64,000 nt of DNA from Eledone cirrhosa (lineage: Eukaryota). Under the pieces are notes generated by a model. The model did no database searches. It saw only the letters and a list, made by a program, of their open reading frames with translations, and had not been told where the DNA came from. Shown here piece after piece: positions 53,401-64,000 of this stretch (position 1 is its first letter; the number at the start of each line of letters is the position of its first letter). Location: assembly GCA_964016885.1 (NCBI GenBank), contig OZ024741.1, forward strand, positions 246,636,001-246,700,000, in the 5' to 3' direction. Made by a program: the position numbers and the translations under genes.

Positions 53401-56400
53401 CCGCCTGATTTTTTTTTAAAAATTATCTCCCCTTGGACGGCTGGAAATTATCTCCCCTTGGACGGCTGGAAATTATATCTCCTTGGACGGCTAGAATTTA
53501 CCTCTCCTTGGACGGCTGAAAATTATCTCCCCTTGGACGGCTGGAAATTATCTCCCCTTGATTTTTTTTACAAATTATCTCCCCCTGATTTTTTTTACAA
53601 ATTATCTCCCCCTGATTTTTTTTTACAAATTATCTCCCCCTGATTTTTTTTTACAAATTATCTCCCCCTAATTTTTTTTTACAAATTATCTCCCCCTAAT
53701 TTTTTTACAAATTATCTCCCCTTGGCTGGCTGGAAATTATCTCCCCTTGGAGGCTGGAACTTATCTCCCCTTGGACGGCTAGAAATTACGTCTCCTTGGA
53801 CGGCTGGAAAATATGTCTCCTTGGACGGCTGGATATTATCTCCCCTTGGACGGCTGGAAATTATCTCCCCTTGGACGGCTGGAAATTATCTCCCCTTGGA
53901 TGGCTAGATATTACCTCCCCTTGGACGGCTGGAAATTATCTCCCCTTGATTTTTTTTACAAATTATCTCCCCCTGATTTTTTTTTACAAATTATCTCCCC
54001 CTGATTTTTTTTTACAAATTATCTCCCCCTGATTTTTGTTTACAAATTATCTCCGCCTGATTTTTTAAAAAAAATTATCTCCCCTTGGACGGCTGGAAAT
54101 TATCTCCCCTTGGACGGCTAGAAATTACCTCTCCTTGGACGGCTGAAAATTATCTCCCCTTGGACGGCTGGAAATTATCTCCCCTTGATTTTTTTACAAA
54201 TTATCTCCCCCTGATTTTTCTTTTACAAATTATCTCACCCTGATTTTTTTTTACAAATTATCTACCCCTGATTTTTTTTTACAAATTATCTCCCCCTGAT
54301 TTTTTTTTACAAATTATCTCCCCCTGATTTTTTTACAAATTATCTCCCCTTGGCTGGCTGGAAATTATCTCCCCTTGGAGGCTGGAACTTATCTCCCCTT
54401 GGACGGCTAGAAATTACCTCTCCTTGGACGGCTGGAAAATATGTCTCCTTGGACGGCTGGATATTATCTCCCCTTGGACGGCTGGAAATTATCTCCCCTT
54501 GGACGGCTGGAAATTATCTCCCCTTGGATGGCTAGATATTACCTCCCCTTGGACGGCTGGAAATTATCTCCCCTTGATTTTTTTTACAAATTATCTCCCC
54601 CTGATTTTTTTTTAAAAATTATCTCCCCCTGATTTTTGTTTACAAATTATCTCCGCCTGATTTTTTTAAATATTATCTCTCCTTGGCTGGCGGGAAATTA
54701 TCTCCCCTTGGACGGCTGGAAATTATCTCCCCTTGGAAGGATGGAAATTATCTCCCCTTGGACGGCTGGAAATTATCTACCCCTGATTTTTTTTACAAAT
54801 TATCTCCCCCTGATTTTTTTACAAATTATCTCCCCCTGATTTTTTTTACAAATTATCTCCGCCTGATTTTTTTAAATGTTATCTCTCCTTGGCTGGCGGG
54901 AAATTATCTCCCCTTGGACGGCTGGAAATTATCTCCCCTTGGAAGGATGGAAATTATCTCCCCTTGGACGGCTGAAAATTATCTACCCCTGATTTTTTTT
55001 ACAAATTATCTCCCCCTGATTTTTTTTACAAATTATCTCCCCCTGATTTTTTTTACAAATTATCTCCCCCTGATTTTTTCTACAAATTATCTCCCCCTGA
55101 TTTTTTTTACAAATTATCTCCCCCTGATTTTTTTTTTACAAATTATCTCCCCCTGATTTTTTTACAAATTATCTCCCCCTGATTTTTTTTTACAAATTAT
55201 CTCCCCCTGATTTTTTTACAAATTATCTCCCCTTGGCTGGCTGGAAATTTTCTCCCCTTGGAGGCTGGAACTTATCTCCCCTTGGACGGCTAGAAATTAC
55301 CTCCTTGGACGGCTGAAAATTATCTCCCCTTGGACGGCTGGAAATTATCTCCCCTTGATTTTTTTACAAATTATCTCCCCCTGATTTTTTTTTTACAAAT
55401 TATCTCCCCCTGATTTTTTTTTACAAATTATCTACCCCTGATTTTTTTTTACAAATTATCTGCCCCTGATTTTTTTTACAAATTATCTCTCCTGATTTTT
55501 TTTTACAAATTATCTCCCCCTGATTTTTTTACAAATTATCTCCCCCTGATTTTTTTTACAAATTATCTCCGCCTGATTTTTTTAAATATTATCTCTCCTT
55601 GGCTGGCGGGAAATTATCTCCCCTTGGACGGCTGGAAATTATCTCCCCTTGGAAGGATGGAAATTATCTCCCCTTGGACGGCTGGAAATTATCTACCCCT
55701 GATTTTTTTTACAAATTATCTCCCCCTGATTTTTTTTACAAATTATCTCCCCCTGATTTTTTTTTACAAATTATCTACATCTGATTTTTTTACAAATTAT
55801 CTCCCCTTGGCTGGCTGGAAATTATCTTCCCTTGGACGGCTAGAAATTACCTCTCCTTGGACGGCTGAAAATTATCTCCCCTTGGACGGCTGGAAATTAT
55901 CTCCCCTTGATTTTTTTACAAATTATCTCCCCCTGATTCTTTTTTTACAAATTATTTCCCCCTGATTTTTTTTTACAAATTATCTACCCCTGATTTTTTT
56001 TTACAAATTATCTCCCCTTGATTTTTTTTACAAATTATCTCCCCCTGATTTTTTTTTACAAATTATCTCCCCCTGATTTTTTTTTACAAATTATCTCCCC
56101 CTGATTTTTGTTTACAAATTATCTCCGCCTGATTTTTTTAAAAAAATTATCTCCCCTTGGACGGCTGGAAATTATCTCCCCTTGGACGGCTAGAAATTAC
56201 CTCTCCTTGGACGGCTGGAAATTATCTCCCCTTGATTTTTTTACAAATTATCTCCCCATGATTTTTTTTTACAAATTATCTCCCCCTGATTTTTTTTTAC
56301 AAATTATCTACCCCTGATTTTTTTTTACAAATTATCTCCCCCTGATTTTTTTTTACGAATTATCTCCCCCTGATTTTTTTTTACAAATTATCTCCCCCTG

Positions 56401-58395
56401 ATTTTTTTAAATGTTATCTCTCCTTGGCTGGCGGGAAATTATCTCCCCTTGGACGGCTGGAAATTATCTCCCCTTGGAAGGATGGAAATTATCTCCCCTT
56501 GGACGGCTGAAAATTATCTACCCCTGATTTTTTTTACAAATTATCTCCCCCTGATTTTTTTACAAATTATCTCCGCCTGATTTTTTTAAATGTTATCTCT
56601 CCTTGGCTGGCGGGAAATTATCTCCCCTTGGACGGCTGGAAATTATCTCCCCTTGGAAGGATGGAAATTATCTCCCCTTGGACGGCTGAAAATTATCTAC
56701 CCCTGATTTTTTTTACAAATTATCTCCCCCTGATTTTTTTTACAAATTATCTCCCCCTGATTTTTTTTACAAATTATCTACCCCTGATTTTTTTTACAAA
56801 TTATCTCCCCCTGATTTTTTTTACAAATTATCTCCCCCTGATTTTTTTTTACAAATTATCTCCCCCTGATTTTTTTTTACAAATTATCTCCCCCTGATTT
56901 TTTTACAAATTATCTCCCCCTGATTTTTTTTACAATCTCCGCCTGATTTTTTAAAAAATTATCTTCCCTTGGCTGGCGGGAAATTATCTCCCCTTGGACT
57001 GCTGGAAATTATCTCCCCTTGGAAGGATGGAAATTATCTCCCCTTGGACGGCTGGAAATTATCTCCCCTTGCACGGCTGGAAATTATAGTCCCTTGGAGG
57101 GCTGGAAATTATCTCCCCTTGATATTTTTTACAAATTATCTCCCCCTGATTTTTTTTTCAAATTATCTCCCCCTGATTTTTTTTTCAAATTATCTCCCCC
57201 TGATTTTTTTTTACAAATTATCTCCCCCTGATTTTTTTACAAATTATCTCCCCTTGGCTGGCTGGAAATTATCTCCCCTTGGAGGCTGGAACTTATCTCC
57301 CCTTGGACGGCTAGAAATTACCTCTCCTTGGACGGCTGGAAAATATGTCTCCTTGGACGGCTGGATATTATCTCCCCTTGGACGGCTGGAAATTATCTCC
57401 CCTTGGACGGCTGGAAATTATCTCCCCTTGGATGGCTAGATATTACCTCCCCTTGGACGGCTGGAAATTATCTCCCCTTGATTTTTTTTACAAATTATCT
57501 CCCCCTGATTTTTTTTTACAAATTATCTCCCCCTGATTTTTTTTTTTAAATTATCTCCCCCTGATTTTTGTTTACAAATTATCTCCGCCTGATTTTTTTT
57601 TAAAAATTATCTCCCCTTGGACGGCTGGAAATTATCTCCCCTTGGACGGCTGGAAATTATATCTCCTTGGACGGCTAGAATTTACCTCTCCTTGGACGGC
57701 TGAAAATTATCTCCCCTTGGACGGCTGGAAATTATCTCCCCTTGATTTTTTTTACAAATTATCTCCCCCTGATTTTTTTTTACAAATTATCTCCCCCTGA
57801 TTTTTTTTTACAAATTATCTCCCCCTGATTTTTTTTTACAAATTATCTCCCCCTAATTTTTTTTTACAAATTATCTCCCCCTAATTTTTTTACAAATTAT
57901 CTCCCCTTGGCTGGCTGGAAATTATCTCCCCTTGGAGGCTGGAACTTATCTCCCCTTGGACGGCTAGAAATTACGTCTCCTTGGACGGCTGGAAAATATG
58001 TCTCCTTGGACGGCTGGATATTATCTCCCCTTGGACGGCTGGAAATTATCTCCCCTTGGACGGCTGGAAATTATCTCCCCTTGGATGGCTAGATATTACC
58101 TCCCCTTGGACGGCTGGAAATTATCTCCCCTTGATTTTTTTTACAAATTATCTCCCCCTGATTTTTTTTTACAAATTATCTCCCCCTGATTTTTTTTTAC
58201 AAATTATCTCCCCCTGATTTTTGTTTACAAATTATCTCCGCCTGATTTTTTTAAAAAAATTATCTCCCCTTGGACGGCTGGAAATTATCTCCCCTTGGAC
58301 GGCTAGAAATTACCTCTCCTTGGACGGCTGAAAATTATCTCCCCTTGGACGGCTGGAAATTATCTCCCCTTGATTTTTTTACAAATTATCTCCCC
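50470..58395 (+). repeat. 4184-bp HOR, about 1.9 near-identical copies
   Basis: ORF offsets of 4184 at 50499/54683, 51415/55599, 51924/56108, 52444/56628 and 52785/56969, and 4185 at 53722/57907. Shared variants CTACATCTGA (51591/55775), GGAAATTTTCT, ATAGTCCC and TTACGTCTCC. Confidence 0.93.
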
Positions 58396-58919
58396 CTGAT
58401 TTTTTTTTACAAATTATCTCCCCCTGATTTTTTTTTACAAATTATCTACCCCTGATTTTTTTTTACAAATTATCTCCCCCTGATTTTTTTTACAAATTAT
58501 CTCCCCCTGATTTTTTTTTACAAATTATCTCCCCCTGATTTTTTTACAAATTATCTCCCTCTGATTTTTTTTACAAATTATCTCCGCCTGATTTTTTTAA
58601 ATATTATCTCTCCTTGGCTGGCGGGAAATTATCTCCCCTTGGACGGCTGGAAATTATCTCCCCTTGGAAGGATGGAAATTATCTCCCCTTGGACGGCTGG
58701 AAATTATCTACCCCTGATTTTTTTTTACAAATTATCTCCCCCTAATTTTTTTTACAAATTATCTCCCCCTAATTTTTTTACAAATTATCTTCCCTTGGCT
58801 GGCTGGAAATTATCTCCCCTTGGAGGCTGGAACTTATCTCCCCTTGGACGGCTAGAAATTACGTCTCCTTGGACGGCTGGAAAATATGTCTCCTTGGACG
58901 GCTGGATATTATCTCCCCT

Positions 58920-61900
58920 TGGAAGGATGGAAATTATCTCCCCTTGGACGGCTGAAAATTATCTACCCCTGATTTTTTTTACAAATTATCTCCCCCTGAT
59001 TTTTTTTACAAATTATCTCCCCCTGATTTTTTTTACAAATTATCTACCCCTGATTTTTTTTACAAATTATCTCCCCCTGATTTTTTTTACAAATTATCTC
59101 CCCCTGATTTTTTTTTTACAAATTATCTCCCCCTGATTTTTTTACAAATTATCTCCCCCTGATTTTTTTTTTACAAATTATCTCCCCCTGATTTTTTTAC
59201 GAATTATCTCCCCTTGGCTGGCTGGAAATTATCTCCCCTTGGAGGCTGGAACTTATCTCCCCTTGGACGGCTAGAAATTACCTCTCCTTGGACGGCTGGA
59301 AAATATGTCTCCTTGGACGGCTGGATATTATCTCCCCTTGGACGGCTGGAAATTATCTCCCCTTGGACGGCTGGAAATTATCTCCCCTTGGATGGCTAGA
59401 TATTACCTCCCCTTGGACGGCTGGAAATTATCTCCCCTTGATTTTTTTTACAAATTATCTCCCCCTGATTTTTTTTTACAAATTATCTCCCCCTGATTTT
59501 TTTTTACAAATTATCTCCCCCTGATTTTTGTTTACAAATTATCTCCGCCTGATTTTTTTTAAAAAATTATCTCCCCTTGGACGGCTGGAAATTATCTCCC
59601 CTTGGACGGCTAGAAATTACCTCTCCTTGGACGGCTGAAAATTATCTCCCCTTGGACGGCTGGAAATTATCTCCCCTTGATTTTTTTACAAATTATCTCC
59701 CCCTGATTTTTTTTTTACAAATTATCTCCCCCTGATTTTTTTTTACAAATTATCTACCCCTGATTTTTTTTACAAATTATCTCCCCCTGATTTTTTTTAC
59801 AAATTATCTCCCCCTGATTTTTTTTTACAAATTATCTCCCCCTGATTTTTTTACAAATTATCTCCCCCTGATTTTTTTTACAAATTATCTCCGCCTGATT
59901 TTTTTAAATATTATCTCTCCTTGGCTGGCGGGAAATTATCTCCCCTTGGACGGCTGGAAATTATCTCCCCTTGGAAGGATGGAAATTATCTGCCCTTGGA
60001 CGGCTGGAAATTATCTACCCCTGATTTTTTTTACAAATTATCTCCCCCTGATTTTTTTACAAATTATCTCCCCCTGATTTTTTTACAAATTATCTCCGCC
60101 TGATTTTTTTAAATGTTATCTCTCCTTGGCTGGCGGGAAATTATCTCCCCTTGGACGGCTGGAAATTATCTCCCCTTGGAAGGATGGAAATTATCTCCCC
60201 TTGGACGGCTGAAAATTATCTACCCCTGATTTTTTTTACAAATTATCTCCCCCTGATTTTTTTTACAAATTATCTCCCCCTGATTTTTTTTACAAATTAT
60301 CTACCCCTGATTTTTTCTACAAATTATCTCCCCCTGATTTTTTTTACAAATTATCTCCCCCTGATTTTTTTTTTACAAATTATCTCCCCCTGATTTTTTT
60401 ACAAATTATCTCCCACTGATTTTTTTTTTACAAATTATCTCCCCCTGATTTTTTTACAAATTATCTCCCCTTGGCTGGCTGGAAATTATCTCCCCTTGGA
60501 GGCTGGAACTTATCTCCCCTTGGACGGCTAGAAATTACCTCTCCTTGGACGGCTGGAAAATATGTCTCCTTGGACGGCTGGATATTATCTCCCCTTGGAC
60601 GGCTGGAAATTATCTCCCCTTGGACGGCTGGAAATTATCTCCCCTTGGATGGCTAGATATTACCTCCCCTTGGACGGCTGGAAATTATCTCCCCTTGATT
60701 TTTTTTACAAATTATCTCCCCCTGATTTTTTTTTACAAATTATCTCCCCCTGATTTTTTTTTACAAATTATCTCCCCCTGATTTTTGTTTACAAATTATC
60801 TCCGCCTGATTTTTTTAAAAAAATTATCTCCCCTTGGACGGCTGGAAATTATCTCCCCTTGGACGGCTAGAAATTACCTCCTTGGACGGCTGAAAATTAT
60901 CTCCCCTTGGACGGCTGGAAATTATCTCCCCTTGATTTTTTTACAAATTATCTCCCACGGATTTTTTTTTTACAAATTATCTCCTCCTGATTTTTTTTTA
61001 CAAATTATCTACCCCTGATTTTTTTTACAAATTATCTCCCCCTGATTTTTTTTACAAATTATCTCCCCCTGATTTTTTTTTACAAATTATCTCCCCCTGA
61101 TTTTTTTACAAATTATCTCCCCCTGATTTTTTTACAAATTATCTCCGCCTGATTTTTTTAAATATTATCTCTCCTTGGCTGGCGGGAAATTATCTCCCCT
61201 TGGACGGCTGGAAATTATCTCCCCTTGGAAGGATGGAAATTATCTCCCCTTGGACGGCTGGAAATTATCTACCCCTGATTTTTTTTACAAATTATCTCCC
61301 CCTGATTTTTTTACAAATTATCTCCCCCTGATTTTTTTTACAAATTATCTCCGCCTGATTTTTTTAAATGTTATCTCTCCTTGGCTGGCGGGAAATTATC
61401 TCCCCTTGGACGGCTGGAAATTATCTCCCCTTGGAAGGATGGAAATTATCTCCCCTTGGACGGCTGAAAATTATCTACCCCTGATTTTTTTTACAAATTA
61501 TCTCCCCCTGATTTTTTTTACAAATTATCTCCACCTGATTTTTTTTACAAATTATCTCCCCCTGATTTTTTTTACAAATTATCTCCCCCTGATTTTTTTT
61601 TTACAAATTATCTCCCCCTGATTTTTTTACAAATTATCTCCCCCTGATTTTTTTTTTACAAATTATCTCCCCCTGATTTTTTTAAAAATTATCTCCCCTT
61701 GGCTGGCTGGAAATTATCTCCCCTTGGAGGCTGGAACTTATCTCCCCTTGGACGGCTAGAAATTACCTCTCCTTGGACGGCTGGAAAATATGTCTCCTTG
61801 GACGGCTGGATATTATCTCCCCTTGGACGGCTGGAAATTATCTCCCCTTGGACGGCTGGAAATTATCTCCCCTTGGATGGCTAGATATTACCTCCCCTTG

Positions 61901-62750
61901 GACGGCTGGAAATTATCTCCCCTTGATTTTTTTTACAAATTATCTCCCCCTGATTTTTTTTTACAAATTATCTCCCCCTGATTTTTTTTTAAAATTATCT
62001 ACCCCTGATTTTTGTTTACAAATTATCTCCGCCTGATTTTTTAAAAAAAATTATCTCCCCTTGGACGGCTGGAAATTATCTCCCCTTGGACGGCTAGAAA
62101 TTACCTCCTTGGACGGCTGAAAATTATCTCCCCTTGGACGGCTGGAAATTATCTCCCCTTGATTTTTTTACAAATTATCTCCTCCTGATTTTTTTTTTAC
62201 AAATTATCTCCCCCTGATTTTTTTTTACAAATTATCTACCCCTGATTTTTTTTTACAAATTATCTCCCCCTGATTTTTTTTACAAATTATCTCCCCTGAT
62301 TTTTTTTTACATATTATCTCCCCCTGATTTTTTTACAAATTATCTCCCCCTGATTTTTTTTACAAATTATCTCCGCCTGATTTTTTTAAATATTATCTCT
62401 CCTTGGCTGGCGGGAAATTATCTCCCCTTGGACGGCTGGAAATTATCTCCCCTTGGAAGGATGGAAATTATCTCCCCTTGGACGGCTGGAAATTATCTAC
62501 CCCTGATTTTTTTTACAAATTATCTCCCCCTGATTTTTTTACAAATTATCTCCCCCTGATTTTTTTTACAAATTATCTCCGCCTGATTTTTTTAAATGTT
62601 ATCTCTCCTTGGCTGGCGGGAAATTATCTCCCCTTGGACGGCTGGAAATTATCTCCCCTTGGAAGGATGGAAATTATCTCCCCTTGGACGGCTGGAAATT
62701 ATCTACCCCTGATTTTTTTTACAAATTATCTCCCCCTGATTTTTTTTACA
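58920..62750 (+). repeat. HOR of ~1.23-1.26 kb, about three copies
   Basis: ORF starts 59214/60471/61699 (1257, 1228) and 59921/61175/62403 (1254, 1228). Confidence 0.88.
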
Positions 62751-64000
62751 AATTATCTCCCTCTGATTTTTTTTTACAAATTATCTACCCCTGATTTTTT
62801 TACAAATTATCTCCCCTTGGCTGGCTGGAAATTATCTCCCCTTGGACGGCTAGAAATTACCTCTCCTTGGACGGCTGAAAATTATCTCCCCTTGGACGGC
62901 TGGAAATTATCTCCCCTTGATTTTTTTACAAATTATCTCCCCCTGATTTTTTTTTTACAAATTATCTCCCCCTGATTTTTTTTTACAAATTATCTACCCC
63001 TGATTTTTTTTACAAATTATCTCCCCTTGATTTTTTTTACAAATTATCTCCCCCTGATTTTTTTTTACAAATTATCTCCCCCTGATTTTTTTTTACAAAT
63101 TATCTCCCCCTGATTTTTGTTTACAAATTATCTCCGCCTGATTTTTTAAAAAAAATTATCTCCCCTTGGACGGCTGGAAATTATCTCCCCTTGGACGGCT
63201 AGAAATTACCTCTCCTTGGACGGCTGAAAATTATCTCCCCTTGGACGGCTGGAAATTATCTCCCCTTGATTTTTTTACAAATTATCTCCCCCTGATTTTT
63301 TTTTTACAAATTATCTCCCCCTGATTTTTTTTTACAAATTATCTACCCCTGATTTTTTTTTACAAATTATCTCCCCCTGATTTTTTTTTACAAATTATCT
63401 CCCCCTGATTTTTTTTTACAAATTATCTCCCCCTGATTTTTTTACAAATTATCTCCCCCTGATTTTTTTTACAAATTATCTCCGCCTGATTTTTTTAAAT
63501 ATTATCTCTCCTTGGCTGGCGGGAAATTATCTCCCCTTGGACGGCTGGAAATTATCTCCCCTTGGAAGGATGGAAATTATCTCCCCTTGGACGGCTGAAA
63601 ATTATCTACCCCTGATTTTTTTTACAAATTATCTCCCCCTGATTTTTTTACAAATTATCTCCGCCTGATTTTTTTAAATGTTATCTCTCCTTGGCTGGCG
63701 GGAAATTATCTCCCCTTGGACGGCTGGAAATTATCTCCCCTTGGAAGGATGGAAATTATCTCCCCTTGGACGGCTGAAAATTATCTACCCCTGATTTTTT
63801 TTACAAATTATCTCCCCCTGATTTTTTTTACAAATTATCTCCCCCTGATTTTTTTTACAAATTATCTACCCCTGATTTTTTTTACAAATTATCTCCCCCT
63901 GATTTTTTTTACAAATTATCTCCCCCTGATTTTTTTTTACAAATTATCTCCCCCTGATTTTTTTTTTACAAATTATCTCCCCCTGATTTTTTTACAAATT

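Larger units (their letters stand above)
45038..64000 (+). repeat. Two-monomer satellite array, right domain (same monomers, different module set)
   Basis: Same core, monomers and orientation. Right-specific markers: TTTAAATGTTATCTCTCC, TATCTCTCCTTGGCTGGCGGG, and A-to-B junctions reading AAATTATCTACCCCTGA. The array runs off the window end. Confidence 0.98.

Noticed and set aside
505-62975. All ORFs in the track (repeats such as LGRLEIISPWTAGNYLPLDGWKLSP, FFYKLSPPD, IFFTNYLPL)
   Set aside because: The 25-bp A monomer has no stop codon in any + frame and B has TGA in only one, so open frames arise automatically. They overlap in several frames, mostly start at TTG and shift frame with T-run length. 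They are not genes.
1-64000. CRISPR-like layout (constant repeat plus variable spacer)
   Set aside because: The core is only 13 bp, the spacers are two recurring 12-16-bp tails rather than unique sequences, and there are no cas genes or leader.
1-64000. Telomerase-made long telomeric repeat (as in the 25-bp Kluyveromyces lactis repeat)
   Set aside because: Two monomer types and kb-scale HORs with inherited variants indicate recombinational amplification. There is no match to a telomere motif I know. A subtelomeric location is not excluded.
1-64000. Intrinsic terminators or promoters suggested by the T-runs
   Set aside because: No GC-rich hairpin precedes the T-runs and no transcription unit is present. 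The T-runs are part of monomer B.
1-64000. Nematode pairing-centre motif clusters (TTGG-containing HIM-8/ZIM sites) or germline-eliminated satellite
   Set aside because: Only a 4-bp TTGG is shared and the organism is unknown, so the sequence alone cannot support either role.

Overview
The whole 64 kb window is one head-to-tail, single-orientation satellite DNA array (about 2,400-2,500 monomers, estimated from length), interrupted only by a 200-N scaffold gap at 44838-45037. I find no credible gene, RNA gene, transposon or CRISPR array, and every ORF in the track is a translation of the repeat. The satellite has two monomer types sharing a 13-bp core, AAATTATCTCCCC: type A is 25 bp (core+TTGGACGGCTGG, 52% GC) and type B is about 26-29 bp (core+CTGA-T7..10-AC, about 30% GC). 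They alternate in blocks (about 1-9 A, about 1-12 B) with stereotyped junction monomers. The blocks form a small vocabulary of variant-marked modules, which in turn form higher-order repeats (HORs) and duplications with offsets of 179/206, 390-410, about 625, 1228-1257, 1560-1617, 3037, 3852-3907, 4184 and 8741-8990 bp. The two sides of the gap are different sub-families, and the ~4 kb right after the gap looks like an insertion-error-rich copy of a downstream HOR. The core reads AGATAA (GATA consensus) on the minus strand. A eukaryotic heterochromatic (centromeric, pericentromeric or subtelomeric) origin is an inference. I do not recognise the family or the organism.
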